A stretch of DNA of 63,115 nucleotides, filler included, from Porpidia crustulata (GCA_964255105.1; 17 parts of 17 records of this genome joined end to end with filler, not necessarily neighbours in it), one strand, 5' to 3'; positions 44,749 through 58,051 are shown, counted from the first letter of the whole stretch. Notes: generated by a model from the letters alone, not told the origin. Made by a program: numbers and translations.

Positions 44749-47716
44749 GATGAGGGCTTCGCCGAGGAGGGTGAGGAGGCCGTCGACCTGGACGATTGAG
44801 CCTCTTGATTCGTCGTAGAGGCCGCCGTGGATGTTGTCCGCCGAGCTGTTGATGACAGCCATCAAACACTCTCCCGCAGCTCTTTTCCTCGCGATCGGTC
44901 TTAAACTCGCTTTCTCCCCCTCCTTCAAGTTGACTTCCTCGTCTCTTAAATCGTAAAATCGTCGTAAGGTAGCATAGCCTGTAAGATACATATGCAACAT
45001 CTCGGCCGCCTGCGGATCCAAGTTGGCAATGCGTTCAAGGCTTCTCTTTGGTTCGAAGACTAGGGCGTGGAGGTTGGTGTCGATACTGGAAAGAGGGGGA
45101 AAGGCGAAAGATTGGACTAAGGATAGGGAAATTAGAAGGTCGAGAACGTTTTTCATCTTTTTAGGGTGGTGGGCGCGGGCGTAGTAGATCAGGGCTGTAC
45201 CATAGCGGTCAGAGGAGTCGGCGATGGAGTCAGCGTAGCGCTAAATAATATTAATGTCTTGTAAAAAAAAAGGGGGGGAGGAGTGTATTTACTTCGGCGA
45301 TGTTGCGTGCTTCACGGTCCAGGCCAAAATCTTGACATATGTCGAAAATTTTGTCGACACGTAAATCAGATACTAGAGGTAGCTGATCAAGCATGTCAAC
45401 GACTTTCTTGTCGCCCATGCTGCGGTCCTCCACTCGAGCTAGGATTTGTATAGATAATTCCCAGCCTTCTCTAGTATCCTTTGGACGAGCCGCTTCGATA
45501 TTTCCTCTTTCAAAGAGTCGCTCTGCATATTCCACCAAAATGCCGTCTCGATTTATTCCGTGCTCTTTATGCCCATAGCTGCTTAGTATCAATAAATCAC
45601 TCTCATCGAGCCCATTTTGTGTGCCACCGCCAAGGAGTGACTCGTACCATCCACCTAGGCTCGCAATCTCTATTACCGCGGAAGCGACAGGAAGAGACCA
45701 CCCCCTTAGTAGGCCGATGACTCCTTCAACATTATTTTCGAATACTGAGGCTAGGCCAACTTCAACGGGATTGGCCGAATTGATTTGAAAAACGTCATCA
45801 TCCGACTCATCAGTAGCGCGCTCAAACGAGAATGCAAGTCGATGTAGATACGCTGCGGTGGAATTAAGATCCACCAACCTTCCACCTCTCGACTGCGAGT
45901 GACGGAGGGAGCGTCGAGTCATGGCTAAAGCACCGACAGCAACTTCATTGTCGTCGTCATCTCCATCCCACCAGACGGTCAGTCCTATCGTCGCCTCGAC
46001 CCAATCCTGAGCGGCTGCTATAATTTCAATGATGCCCCCGAGCAATATACCATACAGAGATTTTAGGTTCTGATATATTGTCCACGGTACCTGGCTTTCA
46101 GCTCGACGTGACGACTGGCTGAGGCTTGCAGCCGGGCTTCGGATACCAAAGTTTGGTGCTTCAAAAGTCGATCTGGTAGGTTCAAGATCTCGATCTCGGC
46201 CCTCCGCGAATGTAGTCAGATCCACCATCGCCTGCTCGACGCGTCTTCGAAATATGAGCCAGTCATTTCTGGCAACATCCCAATTTCCATCTTGTAAACC
46301 TGGACATAATTCCAATACCTGGATTGCTCGCCTAACAACTCTATTGATATTGCCCAGCGGTCCGCCCCTATACCCATCGCCGCCTTGTCCATCCTCCCTC
46401 GCTGTCCGTGCGTACTGGAAGTCCGATTTCTGTAGGACTTGTATGACTTCTGAGACTCTGCCACGTACTGTCGAGGAAAAGATTATATCCCAGAAATTGG
46501 TATGAGTGGTGGGATTCGGCTGGAATGTTTGAAGATCAATCGTGGCCGTTGGGTAAGGATTGTGGTGTTCTTCTAGCCAGTCAAGAAGGACTTTAGGGAG
46601 CGATGTGGGTCTTTGGGGAATACGCGATGCATGTGGGGAGCCGGAGAGAGAAAACCTTTGATTCGCTCTGGATACTGCAAAGGCCTGCTTTCCCTTGGCT
46701 GCTGGAGGATGATGCAGCTGAAGCAATAACCTACTGAGGAATATCGCCTTCTGTAGAGATGGCGCGTTCTCGTTCGGTCCAATGCCAATGAGCACATCTC
46801 CTTCTAACGGGAGTCTTCTAGAACCATGGTCGCGACAGGACCACCATAGGGCGTTCAGCTCTTCAGTGGTGGTAGGAAGCGCAGCCTCCAAGACTTTGTC
46901 CTGCCCTCCAGAAGCCTCGTCTTGATCATACAGCTGGCCAACCAGTTCTTCGGTCCTCAAGATCAGTACGTCTGGATCATTCAGTCTTGCAATGCCCAAT
47001 TTTGTAGTTATATCCTTCGCAATTGTCGGAATAGCAGAAGCATTTTTAGGCACAATTTCCCTCACAAGGTCTCGCGATGATCCATAGGATATAGCAGCGC
47101 AGCCCCGAGACCGCTTAGTACCCCTTGGTGTTCCCTCGCGCTCAGAAGAACCAAATTGTGCCCAATCAATTGCTGAACCATTAGCGATTGGTCCATTAGA
47201 CTGCGATCCTGTTGTATAGCCTCCTTCAAGCAGCTCGTTCTCTGCGTCTAGATCTCCCATCGTACTTTCGTCTGCTGAATTATCGCTATACTCTTCAATG
47301 TCCTCCTCTTCGTCCACGTAATCCTGCTCACTGTTGGCAGACCTTGAAAGTGGACTACTGTTAGGCACTTGAAAGCCTTGATTGAGCAGAGCAGCTTGCC
47401 TTAATCCAGTCATCGGTCTCATTTTCGATCCAGATTTCTCGAGTCGGCGAACGCCCGATTTTCGACTCAGAGGAGACTTGGACTTGAACAGGGTCTTGCC
47501 AGGGCCTAATTGCGAGCTTCCGAAGACACTTGAAGGAGGCGGTTCCGCAGGTGTGAAGGACCGCGCAGAGGGAGGAGGGCCAGCGGGCGTGGTGGACATG
47601 TTAGAAGCAAAGCTATCTTCTACACTGTCATATTCGCTGACATTGGGTTGTCGAGAAATTTTTGAGCCGGGGGTCGAGGGAGGGCTTGAAGAGAAAGGGA
47701 CTGTCCAGCCGGACAT
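44749..47716 (-). CDS. NUP85: Nucleoporin Nup85-like, 3' truncated
   Basis: S/P-rich N-terminus (STTPAGPPPS), FWDIIFSSTVRG, AQDWVEATIGLTVWWDG; intron about 45241-45291; then LISLSLVQSFAFPP and YLTGYATLRRFYDLRD. Confidence 0.78.
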
Positions 47717-48453
47717 TTTGGAAGCTGGAAGTGTTGGCTGTTGAGCTTGGTTAGTCCGTGACCTCGTGAATACTACTGATGCTACCTCATGGCCTGTTCC
47801 AATCCTCGTCTGTGCAATGCAGGAACTTCTACTCTATACCTTGGTCGGCCTAACGCCTTGATATACAAGCTAAGCAAGGGTTTCCCGTGTACCTTACCGT
47901 TTGAGCGTCTCGATCGTATCAGGAACGGAAATCGAAGAACATAGACAATGCTTTGTCTCTTGTTTTCTACAATTTACATCACAAATCGTAATGAAGTTGT
48001 AACTGCGATCTTTTCCCTTAAATTTACTCAAGTTTAACATAGTGCTACGAATAATGTTAATTAACGTTTGAAAGCAAATGTGTGGCAAGTTCATCAAACC
48101 GTTTTTTAGTTTTTGAAGCTAAAACCTTAGCCCCGCTGAGTTATAGTTGTAAAGCTCCCGTTTAGGCTTTGTTTACATTCCAGTTGTGATTATCTTGGCC
48201 GTCGAGCAACGAAACTCTCTCGTACTGCTGTAATGGAGACCCAGAGTCTTCAAACGGCTTCAACATACATCAATAATCTACTGCTATCACGTGGACTGCT
48301 ACGTAATGGCGCCGCCATCGATTTCGCGATGCCAGCCAAAGCGGAGGGAGGGGNNNNNNNNNNNNNNNNNNNNNNNNNNNNNNNNNNNNNNNNNNNNTTA
48401 ATTAATTAANNNNNNNNNNNNNNNNNNNNNNNNNNNNNNNNNNNNNNNNNNNN

Positions 48454-50928
48454 GCCGGGGACAATCATTCTTCGCACGTTCTGCGTGCCCATTACTCTGG
48501 CTGCGCCCATTGCTCCGTCGATCCAGCCCATGCCTCCTATCATACGTCCGCCCAGCACACCAGCCACCGTCATCGCCATGCCCGTACCCGCGACTTTCTC
48601 CTGACGTTCCCAGAGCCCGCCGATGTCAAAGAAATCCGAAAACTCTGTCTCAAAGGCGACTTGTCGCGCCAGGATATCTTTCTTTCGCTGAAACATCTTA
48701 TCGGAGCGGAAGCTGAGGTCCGTGTATTCGTTGCCGAGATGCAATACACCGAGTGACTTGATAGTATTAACACCATCGACGGTTCTCGCGCGGGCGTGGT
48801 CTTCGCAACCGGTGACGGCTGCAGAGATTTGATCTAGCATCGCAGCTTTGATATCCTCGGCATATCGAAAGGCATTAAGGAGGCCTGGATATGGGACACC
48901 TAGGTCGGCTTCTGCAATATTCGTGATAGTGGCCTTGAGAGTGGTCCGAGTGTGAGAATAGACTTCGGTTGCGGTTTCTTCTATGGTTCTGTCGACATCG
49001 TCGCTGACTTCTGATCTGGCCTTCTTGGATTGCTCATAGACAGGCTCAATTTCTTGGAGTTCCTTGCTGACTCGATCGAGTTCTGCTTGTGCTACATCGC
49101 GATTGACTGTTGCTAGAACGTTCAGATCCGAAAGGATATTCAAGAGATAGGTCTTGGCAGGTGCGAGCTTGGAACGTGCGCGTTTTTCGAGGACAAAATG
49201 GCGGAGGGCAGTCTCTAACTCTTCAAAGTCTTGGATCTTCTCTTTATCCTTGCCTTTTCCCTTTCCTGGTGGAGATCCGGGTTCGCCGTGCTTGCCTGTG
49301 TTTTCGTCTTCGTCAGGTAGGGGAAAGCCGTTATCAGCTGGATCTGAGCCCCCACTGCTTCCTCCGCCTGCACCATCTCCTCCTGGCCCAGGACCTGGAG
49401 CAGGCGCAACAGGAATAGCGTTACTCGACACGAAATGGACTAATTCCGACGACTCTTTAAATGTCTGTGGACTCAGTCTTTGCACTTGTTCCAAAATTCC
49501 ACGCTGGCATCGTTCCTTATCTCTAATGTTGTCGTATCCATTGACCACAATGAAAAGGTATGCCTTCTCTTTCGCAGCGTTCCAGATGAATTCTTTTGCA
49601 GAGAGGGTAAAGTGGTTTGCGGCACTGACCACAAAGACAACAACATCAATCTCTTCTTGTCTGGCGAATACTGCGGTGGTTTTGAGAGAGTCTGAATTCA
49701 ACCCAGGCGCATCGATTATGGATATATCAACCACCCCGTTGTTCAGCAGCGACTCGTCAATCGTCCGCACATCCTTTACGTAGACCTTGCATTGCGAGTA
49801 TTGCTCATTGTCTGTGACAATCTTTTCAAGCTGGTACAAGGCGTACACATCGTATGTGCTCTCATCGTTGCGATTGTAGTCCACATCCTTGTGTATAGCA
49901 TGCGCCTCCTCGATACCACCATTTTCCCTCGCATCCAATACCTCACAGAAAATACTAGTACACGGTTGTTGGTCCTCTGGTAAAATCTTGCGCCTCAGCA
50001 ACGCATTGCAAAAGGTTGATTTTCCAGCATTTAGATCACCGGTGACTAAGACCTTACTCGATGTATCTTCGATACGATCTCTCAAAAGCAGTAGATGCCG
50101 TATTGTTGAATTGATCTTCCCGTCCAATAACGAAGCGATCGACTTCTTTTCCATTGAGTTAACAATATCCGATTGCGTCAATCCTTGGACTTTGAGATCC
50201 AGTTTTAATATCGAGAATTCTTGCGCAGCCTGAGGTGTGATTAATCTTTCCGGTTCGGCTGCTTTTCTAGATTGCGCAAAAGCACTCGACTCTGCCGTAC
50301 TATCCTCGCAGAGAGATGTAGCAGCTCGTCTTGGCCCAGGGCGTAGTGGAACATTGTCTTTTAGGTGTATCTCCCCACTTCCAGCACTCGATTGGGTTTG
50401 CGAAAAGCTTGGTCTTCCATCAGGCCTTGAGTTTGAAGCTCTCCGTACCTGAGGATATTGCGCGGGCCACGTTGAGTTCTTTTCCTGGAGATCTTTGAGT
50501 GTTTCGACCGTTCGATTAATGGCGCGGCCGAGTTGCACCCGGTTCTGGTTGTAGTACATTTGATGAACATGGCTTGCCAGTACTTTTCTCTCATTCTCTG
50601 CTGCTGGATTTGTCTCGCCACGCAGGGTAGGCGTATGGCTCGGTGTTGGCCGGTCTTCAGTCAATCCAAGATTCCACCCTCGTACACTTCCATCATTGGT
50701 ATAGCTATCATCACCATTGGCAGTTCCATATCCAGAATCATTGTCAAGTGACGCCATCAGCGCCGCCGCGCTTGCTGACGTTGAGCCGGATCCCACAGTC
50801 ATGTAATGAGGACGCGATGGTTTCTTGTTTGAAGCAGTGGAACGAACAGACGCCGGGCGCGGCGAGGATCTGCGGCTGGAAGAGCTGCCATTGTTAGAGC
50901 CATCTTTGGGATAGTAATTTTGGCTCAT
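48454..50928 (-). CDS. FZO1: Mitofusin Fzo1 (dynamin-like GTPase), 3' truncated
   Basis: SKVLVTGDLNAGKSTFCNALLRR, PEDQQPCT, IDAPGLN and FVLEKRARSKLAPAKTYL; TM region at the truncation point. Confidence 0.95.
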
Positions 50929-51143
50929 ATCAGCGACTGTGTCTGAGTACTGGAGGTTGGTGTTGAGGCACAAGGTTGTTGACCGAAAAAGTAAGCAGTA
51001 TTGTATGATCGGACTTTGCCCCGTTGATGAAGTCAGTGGCCAATCGGAGGTCTAGATTATTAATGCCGACCATAGCGTGCGTCATCGCAGGCCTCCGAAT
51101 TAGGGTAGCTATCACCACTATAACTTTATCATGCATTTGATTA

Positions 51144-51177
51144 TACAGCTCTGATCAATCTACAGCTCTGATCAATC
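51144..51177. repeat. Perfect 17-bp tandem duplication in the FZO1-VPS2 divergent intergenic region
   Basis: TACAGCTCTGATCAATC twice. Confidence 0.9.
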
Positions 51178-51224
51178 TATCACAAATACTTTCTTACCAG
51201 AATCACGGCCACATTTCAATAACT

Positions 51225-52053
51225 ATGAATGCAAGCCCCCAGACTCCTTGAGCCTCTCGTCTAACACTAGCTAACGCTCGATGCCGCATTAATAGATTGT
51301 CGAATGGGCCTTTGGCAAACGCATGACCCCCCAAGAACGCCTGCGCAAACACCAACGTGCCCTGGAGAAAACGCAGCGCGAGCTCGATCGCGAACGGATC
51401 AAGCTCGAGAATCAAGAGAAGAAGCTCATCCAGGATATCAAGAAGAGTGCGAAGAATGGGCAGATGGGGGCCTGCAAGATCCAGGCCAAGGATCTGGTTC
51501 GGACGAGAAGGTTCGGCTTACCGTTTTCATATGGTTGAGTGTAGCCGCATAACGTGACTAGCTGACACGCTCGTGGCGCAACAGATACATCCAAAAGTTC
51601 TACTCAATGCGCACCCAGCTCCAAGCCATTTCGCTACGCATTCAAACCGTCCGCTCCAACGAACAAATGATGCAGTCCATGAAAGGCGCCACCTCCCTCC
51701 TCGGCTCCATGAACCGCCAGATGAACCTTCCTGCACTGCAGCGAATCGCCATGGAATTTGAAAAGGAAAACGATATCATGGATCAACGGCAGGAGATGAT
51801 GGACGATGCGATAGATGACGTTACTGGGTTAGAAGACGAGGAGGAGGGTGAGGAAGTAGTGAAGGAGGTGTTGGATGAGATTGGAGTAGATCTAGGGCAG
51901 GCGGTAGGTTTCGTCCTTTGGACCGTGGACATCTCCTGGGGGTCAGGCTCGAGCGGCTAATGTTATACGTTAGATGGGAGAGACGCCGGAAGGATTACAG
52001 AAGAAAACTGTTGCGGAAGGACGGGTCGCGGAGGCTATTGGGGGTGGAGGTGG
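51225..52053 (+). CDS. DID4: ESCRT-III subunit Vps2/Did4 (CHMP2A), 3' truncated
   Basis: MN|IVEWAFGKRMTPQERLRKHQRALEKTQRELDRER...AKDLVRTRR|YIQKFYSMRTQLQAISLRIQTVRS...; the first intron (51231-51295) is GC-AG. Confidence 0.93.
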
Positions 52054-52539
52054 NNNNNNNNNNNNNNNNNNNNNNNNNNNNNNNNNNNNNNNNNNNNTTA
52101 ATTAATTAANNNNNNNNNNNNNNNNNNNNNNNNNNNNNNNNNNNNNNNNNNNNTTGTGAGGGTTTGGGGTTTGGTGGTTTGATGATATGGATGGGTTTTT
52201 TTTTGATTTGGTTTACCGTTCATGCGAATTAGTCTACTGAGCACTTCATTAAATGCATCATACTTGTCCTCTCAGAACTCAGATCACGGCATCAAATTGC
52301 GCTTCTTTTTGCTCCTGTTGCAAGGACATTCATGTCAACGTCTATTTACGAACGTTCGAAATCTGTCCTGCGATCTCAAGGCTTATTGAATTTGTGACTC
52401 GGAGGTGGCTTCAGTTCGACCCTATGGCCTCATTACGTGAACAAGCAGTCCTCGAAGTAGGTGAAACGCAGTCCTTGTTCCTGCTCTAGCCATCTCAATC
52501 CTCGTTCAAAGATACTAAAGGTGCCTACAGGCAGGCGGT

Positions 52540-54687
52540 ATGAATTGTCTTTGCGTCAAATGCCGCCCATATGTCGAGAGTTGCACGAACATCATGGGTT
52601 TGAAACCTCAGCCTGATGGACCGAGCTACGCTGGACTCTCTCATTCTTTGGGCGAAGCTGTCGGCGCTGCGACTGTTTGTTGGGTCTGTGGATGGATGAG
52701 TTCTGTGGTTATGACGAGGTCATCGGAGTTGGGGATTACCATAAGCCCGGCTGATTATGAATCCGTGACCGTGTCGATTGCGCCGCACATAATCTATCTC
52801 TACCAGGGTAGAAAAGAGGGACAGTATGCGCTGAATCGTCTTGTCATACAATGTGATAGACGATCAATTGGAGGTCGGATCGACTACCTGCTCTATTTGC
52901 AGAAGTCTGACGACAGACCTAAAGGCTTATCTGACATTCTAGCTCAGGTGGAATGTCTTGACTGGCCTAAGCACGAACCATATGAGGCTCGTATACGCCC
53001 GCCGGAGATAGATTTCCGATTATTACGGCGTTGGAAAGAGTGCTGCAACAGGTCCCACCGCGGCCGCTGTGATGCGACATATAGCAAATCTACCATATGG
53101 GCAATTCGATTGATTGATGTCGTTGATAAGTGCATCGTCCAACGTTCATCAGATGCCAAATGGCTTGCGCTTAGCTACTGCTGGGGCGAGCATCAGGACC
53201 AAACCCTACGAACGGACAACCTTAAGTCCTATCAACAGCGCGGCTCTTTGACAGATGGAATTCTCCCGCCAAGCATCCGCGATGCTATGACCGTAACCAA
53301 GTCGCTAGGAGAACGTTACCTCTGGGTAGATTCTATGTGCATTATCCAGGACGACGAGAAAGACAAATTGACGTTCCTTAATATCATGGGCGACATCTAT
53401 GCATATGCACTTGTCACTATTATCAACGCTGCTAGCACTGCCGCCTCTACTGGACTGCCAGGAATCAATGAGTCAATTCGTCGCCGAGCCCAAAAGCCTT
53501 TCCAGCTAAATAATGTCTGGCTTCTGGAGGCTCTCGATCCATCTCATGGTCCGTACTCTGGATATCTTGAGAGTACGAAATGGTATACGAGAGGTTGGAC
53601 ATTCCAAGAGGGACTTCTTTCCCCTCGTTGTCTCATTTTTACGGCAGATCAAGTATACTGGCAATGTAGGGCTGCCACTTGGTGCGAAGATAGCTTCTGG
53701 GAAGGCCCATATAGCCCGGCCTTGTACCGCCATTTTTCTGGAGAGAAGATATTGAGTTCCCTCACTGACATCTCAACGGGCAAAGATTGGTTCAATATTT
53801 ACATTGCTATCCTTCGAGAGTATTTGCAGCGACGATTCTCTTCAGAAAGTGATCGTCTGCACGCCCTGGAAGGAATTTTAGAGGTTCTGGAGCGGGCCAC
53901 TAAAGATGGGTATTTTTGGGGCATGCCAAGGGCGCACATGGAACCAGCACTCGCCTGGAAAACCTACAGTGCTCCTGCCAGAAGAGACTGTACCTGCAAT
54001 CTTATGCAAGAGGGCGGCAAGATAGTAGCAAGCAAATTTCCAACCTGGTCATGGACAGGTTGGCAAGGGAATGTCGATATGGGTAATATCAGACCCTCAG
54101 CATTGGATGGCCTTCTAGGATTATTGTTCTTCCACATTGAAAACGACAACACGCCTCGTCCTATTGGAGAAAGCGATTCTGCAGTTACTCAAAATAATGG
54201 GCGTCTGACCCAGTGGATGGATAAGGACGAGATGTTGAAGTATCCCCGGGATGCTGTACATGCCTGGATGGACTCATCGAGGAAAACAATATTGAAGAGT
54301 GAAATTCCATCGGCGATACTTTCTCAACATGTGACCCCAGCCCTTCTGTGCTTTTGGACCAGCACCGCAATTCTTCGAATGCAACAAAACGGCTGGAACG
54401 ATTACTACAATTGTCCTGGAATCCTGACGGGTCACGCCGACGTAAATTTCTATGCTGCATGGGAACGGGACAGAAATCTCAAATTGGACCAGGAATACGG
54501 AAAGTTCATTGTTATAGGAGCGGAGAAAATGCGTCCGTCGCAAGGCGGCCGGCTTGCTTTGCGCCTTCTTTATGTCGATATTGACTCTTACGGCATAAGC
54601 TATCGACATAAATTGGTTACGAGCGTACTCGAGTCTGACTGGAACGCCTTGGAGAACAGGAAATGGGAAATAGTGTTCCTTGCTTGA
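52540..54687 (+). CDS. HET-domain protein (second subtype)
   Basis: RLIDV, WLALSYCWG, SIRDAMTVTKSLGERYLWVDSMCIIQDD, MGDIY, WYTRGWTFQEGLLSPR and FPTWSWTGW; intronless, 715 aa. Confidence 0.93.
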   Translation: MNCLCVKCRPYVESCTNIMGLKPQPDGPSYAGLSHSLGEAVGAATVCWVCGWMSSVVMTRSSELGITISPADYESVTVSIAPHIIYLYQGRKEGQYALNRLVIQCDRRSIGGRIDYLLYLQKSDDRPKGLSDILAQVECLDWPKHEPYEARIRPPEIDFRLLRRWKECCNRSHRGRCDATYSKSTIWAIRLIDVVDKCIVQRSSDAKWLALSYCWGEHQDQTLRTDNLKSYQQRGSLTDGILPPSIRDAMTVTKSLGERYLWVDSMCIIQDDEKDKLTFLNIMGDIYAYALVTIINAASTAASTGLPGINESIRRRAQKPFQLNNVWLLEALDPSHGPYSGYLESTKWYTRGWTFQEGLLSPRCLIFTADQVYWQCRAATWCEDSFWEGPYSPALYRHFSGEKILSSLTDISTGKDWFNIYIAILREYLQRRFSSESDRLHALEGILEVLERATKDGYFWGMPRAHMEPALAWKTYSAPARRDCTCNLMQEGGKIVASKFPTWSWTGWQGNVDMGNIRPSALDGLLGLLFFHIENDNTPRPIGESDSAVTQNNGRLTQWMDKDEMLKYPRDAVHAWMDSSRKTILKSEIPSAILSQHVTPALLCFWTSTAILRMQQNGWNDYYNCPGILTGHADVNFYAAWERDRNLKLDQEYGKFIVIGAEKMRPSQGGRLALRLLYVDIDSYGISYRHKLVTSVLESDWNALENRKWEIVFLA

Positions 54688-55842
54688 TACTTAAGAATGA
54701 ACGAGTAAGCCTAAGAATCAAGCTCGATGCCTCTCTTTGGGGCTACGTTTCTTGCCAGCGTCTAATTTCGAGGCATCCCATGAAAATTACTCCTACTAGA
54801 CCTCTTCAAAGCCCGCCGATTGAATCCACTGCAAACTCTTCTCCTCGACAGAGTCGATGACTAGATCCTTCTCAACCAATTATTAACATGGCAAGAGATA
54901 AGCATTAAGCAAACACCTATATTGGCGATCTGAAGCATTGTCTCGCCTTTGATCCTGAAACTCAAATAATCTTCCTTGAATGGTCTGCAATACCACTTTC
55001 CATATGCTAGAGGCCAGTTTAATTTGCAGGTATGTCCATCGTCTTCACATGCGCGCGTTCTCGTAATCACAACGTTCCAGTTGGATGGAGATCGTTTGGG
55101 CACATAATCCGTAATTTTGTCAAGCAGAAGAGGTGAGGAACATTGTAAAGCGTGTAGACAGAGGCCTTAGCAGCCTTCCATGTCAAAAGCTTGGCTTTGT
55201 CCAAGGCACTGATCCACGATTGCTCTAGGAAGGTGGAGAAAAAGATGCAGCTATTGATTTCGTGCTTGGGCGGCCGGTAGAGCCGCATAAGGACTTATGC
55301 AACCGGCATCCACTTCCAGTTGTACCGCCGATCTCGCTTGAACTTGCATGAAGTCGATGGCCGACGGAAGAAGGCAAGAAGTTGTTAAAGAAGAGCAGGA
55401 AAAGAGTAGCGAGCGAGCGCGAAGGAGCGATGAGGGAGCACGAGCGAGCACAGGGAGAGCATGAGCGAGCGCAAAGGAAGTGTGAGAGCGATAAGGGAGC
55501 ATAAGAGAGCACGAAGGAAACGTAAGGGAGCTTGAAGTCTTGATTAACCCGCAAATAGAATAACGCTGACTTAAGATGAATTGAGATTTCGTAGAGAATC
55601 TATACGATTGCAAGATAAAGATATTTTCAGAATCTGTTAAAAACAGAGCATCTAGGTCCTACGACTAGGTGTTCGGGGTGCTTACGTTAGTAAGATCACC
55701 TGACCTTCGATATATAGACACGTAGCTAGACCGACTCAATCCNNNNNNNNNNNNNNNNNNNNNNNNNNNNNNNNNNNNNNNNNNNNTTAATTAATTAANN
55801 NNNNNNNNNNNNNNNNNNNNNNNNNNNNNNNNNNNNNNNNNN

Positions 55843-57731
55843 GATCTACACTTGCTCGAAAACCGAGTCTTCCCAGGTCTGCAAGCCTATTCGCACAGCA
55901 GCCCGGACAAGCTCCTAGTATGCCGATGCCTAGATTGCCTTTGAGTGTATCTACGCAGACTCAAAATACCCAATCTCCCACAGAAATCAGCTGGAAGCGA
56001 CCATCTGGCGTCAGTCTCTTGAGCGAGTATATATCCGCCCTGGATGTCGCGGCATCAAGAGCCTCTTCACAAGCTGACCCTGGATTGACTTCGATCGACC
56101 TACTATCGCCCTCGGTCTCGACTATCGCTCCGGTAATCGCTCCGAAAGGGCTTGGTATCGACCTTGAGAGCGGAACATGTGACAAGAATTCGACTATCAT
56201 TGGGACAGCCGGGCTCCGCATACAGATGGGGTCTCAGCAGTCCTTAAGTGCAAGTATCCAACAAAGCTTGCCAAGAGATAACAGCAGTGGCCTGCGTTTC
56301 TCAATGTATGATCATAACCAGCACGAATATAACCAATCCCATAACGAGTCCAGCACAACATTGAGCAATGACGTGTCCCCAAAACCAATAGTCGGAGCTC
56401 CTGGCAGCGCTGACCGAAGACCGCTGGGACGCCGAGCCACACCGCCAGCTCCATCAACAAGTCACAGCCCAGAATTCAAGACTTACAAAACTTCCCATGT
56501 CGAGCGGGCATCAACATCAGTCCTGGGAAACATTTCAGGCAATGAAGGTAGCCCTTTGAAGTGGGAGACTCGACCGATTTCTGGCGCTAAAATTGATCTG
56601 TTCCACTTTGATACTCACGTATTTATACCGGAAAATTATCTATCAGAGACAAAAGGCTCTATGAGAAAACACAATCACAACGACCGCGTGATTTCTACAA
56701 ATCTCCCGCTACTTCTTCCATCAAGCTCAAGCGTCTTACCATCGTCTGAAGAGTACGGGATGGCTCTGGATAATCCCCTAATACCGGGTTTGTTCAGTCA
56801 CAAAACAGGTTCCATACAAGGGACATCTCGTCCACCATCTAAGGCCACCTTCAGTCCCAAGATTTACCCACCTTGTTCGCGTCGCATCACCGTCAAAGCG
56901 GAGAATGCTAGATCCCCCAGACTCTCAACGATGAATATCTATCAACAAGACGACAATAGCTCGTCCGACTCGGCAGCATCTACTCCCACACGGAAACCAA
57001 GTGGTCGGAATCTATCAATTGTTCGTCATGAGAGCAACCGCAAAAGCATGTTTTGGAGTCTGAACTCACACGATCCCGAGTCGGCCCCTAATCTACCAAA
57101 TTTTCCAAGCTCAGCTGTTTTAGTCCATTCCCCGAACCGCGCAAAGGCCTCACTTCCTCCCCCCGAACACTCCTCGCTCCAATTTCCAGACCCGCCGAAG
57201 TTGGTTGGCCCTATCTCACGGCGCAAAGCGCCTCTCTATGGCCCGAGGATGCCCCCGCGTTGGCTTAGATCTCAGAATCGCAACTCGCCAACACGTCGGG
57301 CTCTCACAGGGCGTTCTCCATCTCAAAGCCCTTCTCGAACTGGTGTCGGAAAACCCTCTGATATGTACAGCTCGGATACCGGAAACAAACATCTTCTCAA
57401 TAGTATCATGAACCTGAGAAGGATGAATAGTGAAGTTAGCGAGTCTGGAGGTGAAGGGGCACATAGGAGGTTTCGGAGTCTTGGGAGCGCGGAGGACGCC
57501 ATTGAAGAGGGAGATGGAGGACGCGAAGGGAGAGGGCGGGCGCAAACGATGAAGGGAACTTCGGAAAATAGAGGCAAGCTGAACTATTTGCCTGAAATGG
57601 AAATCCCGGGGCTGAGGTTTTCGGGAGGGGTGACCGAGGCAAACATTTGGGAGGCACCGCGATGGGCGGTTGGCGGATGTAGGCATGATGGTGATGAGCT
57701 TTATGGGGTGGACGGCTTTTTAAAGGATTGA
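55843..57731 (+). CDS. Ser/Pro-rich disordered hypothetical protein, probably 5' truncated
   Basis: Open frame of at least 603 aa near the contig start; C-terminal SIMNLRRMNSEV and LYGVDGFLK look like conserved fungal motifs. Confidence 0.6.
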
Positions 57732-58051
57732 GGCTTTCCGAAGAAAATACGTGATTGCTTGATACTTGAGATGAACCGCAAGTTGTGTCTGTTCATGTCG
57801 AGATATCAAATCTATGTCCATCTTGATGGATCAAGGAGTCTGTATCATACTTTTGAGGGATTTCGTAGCCAATAACCATGATCCCTACATGCTACTCTAG
57901 GATCTCGACAAATTCCCTAGATTTCCAGCAGCGACACTGTCTTGAATGACAGGGGTTGGAGAAGTCGAGCCTCAAACAGTTTTTAAAGCCTTTATATTCG
58001 CATCTGCATCGGATACCTCCCTTTGCGTGCACTACAGCTCAGTACAACAGA

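Noticed and set aside
47895..48260. AT-rich stretch upstream of NUP85 bounded by CCGTTTGA / TCAAACGG
   Set aside because: An 8-bp inverted match only, with no TSD or second copy; insufficient for a transposon call.
52501..54707. CTCGTTC upstream and GAACGAGTA downstream of the second HET gene, echoing the MITE termini
   Set aside because: Only 7 bp match and the CCCCTCAACGG core is absent; compatible with chance.
29881..55742. Apparent defence island (PD-(D/E)xK protein, two HET genes, PARP)
   Set aside because: These genes are on different contigs joined only by size order, so no linkage can be inferred.
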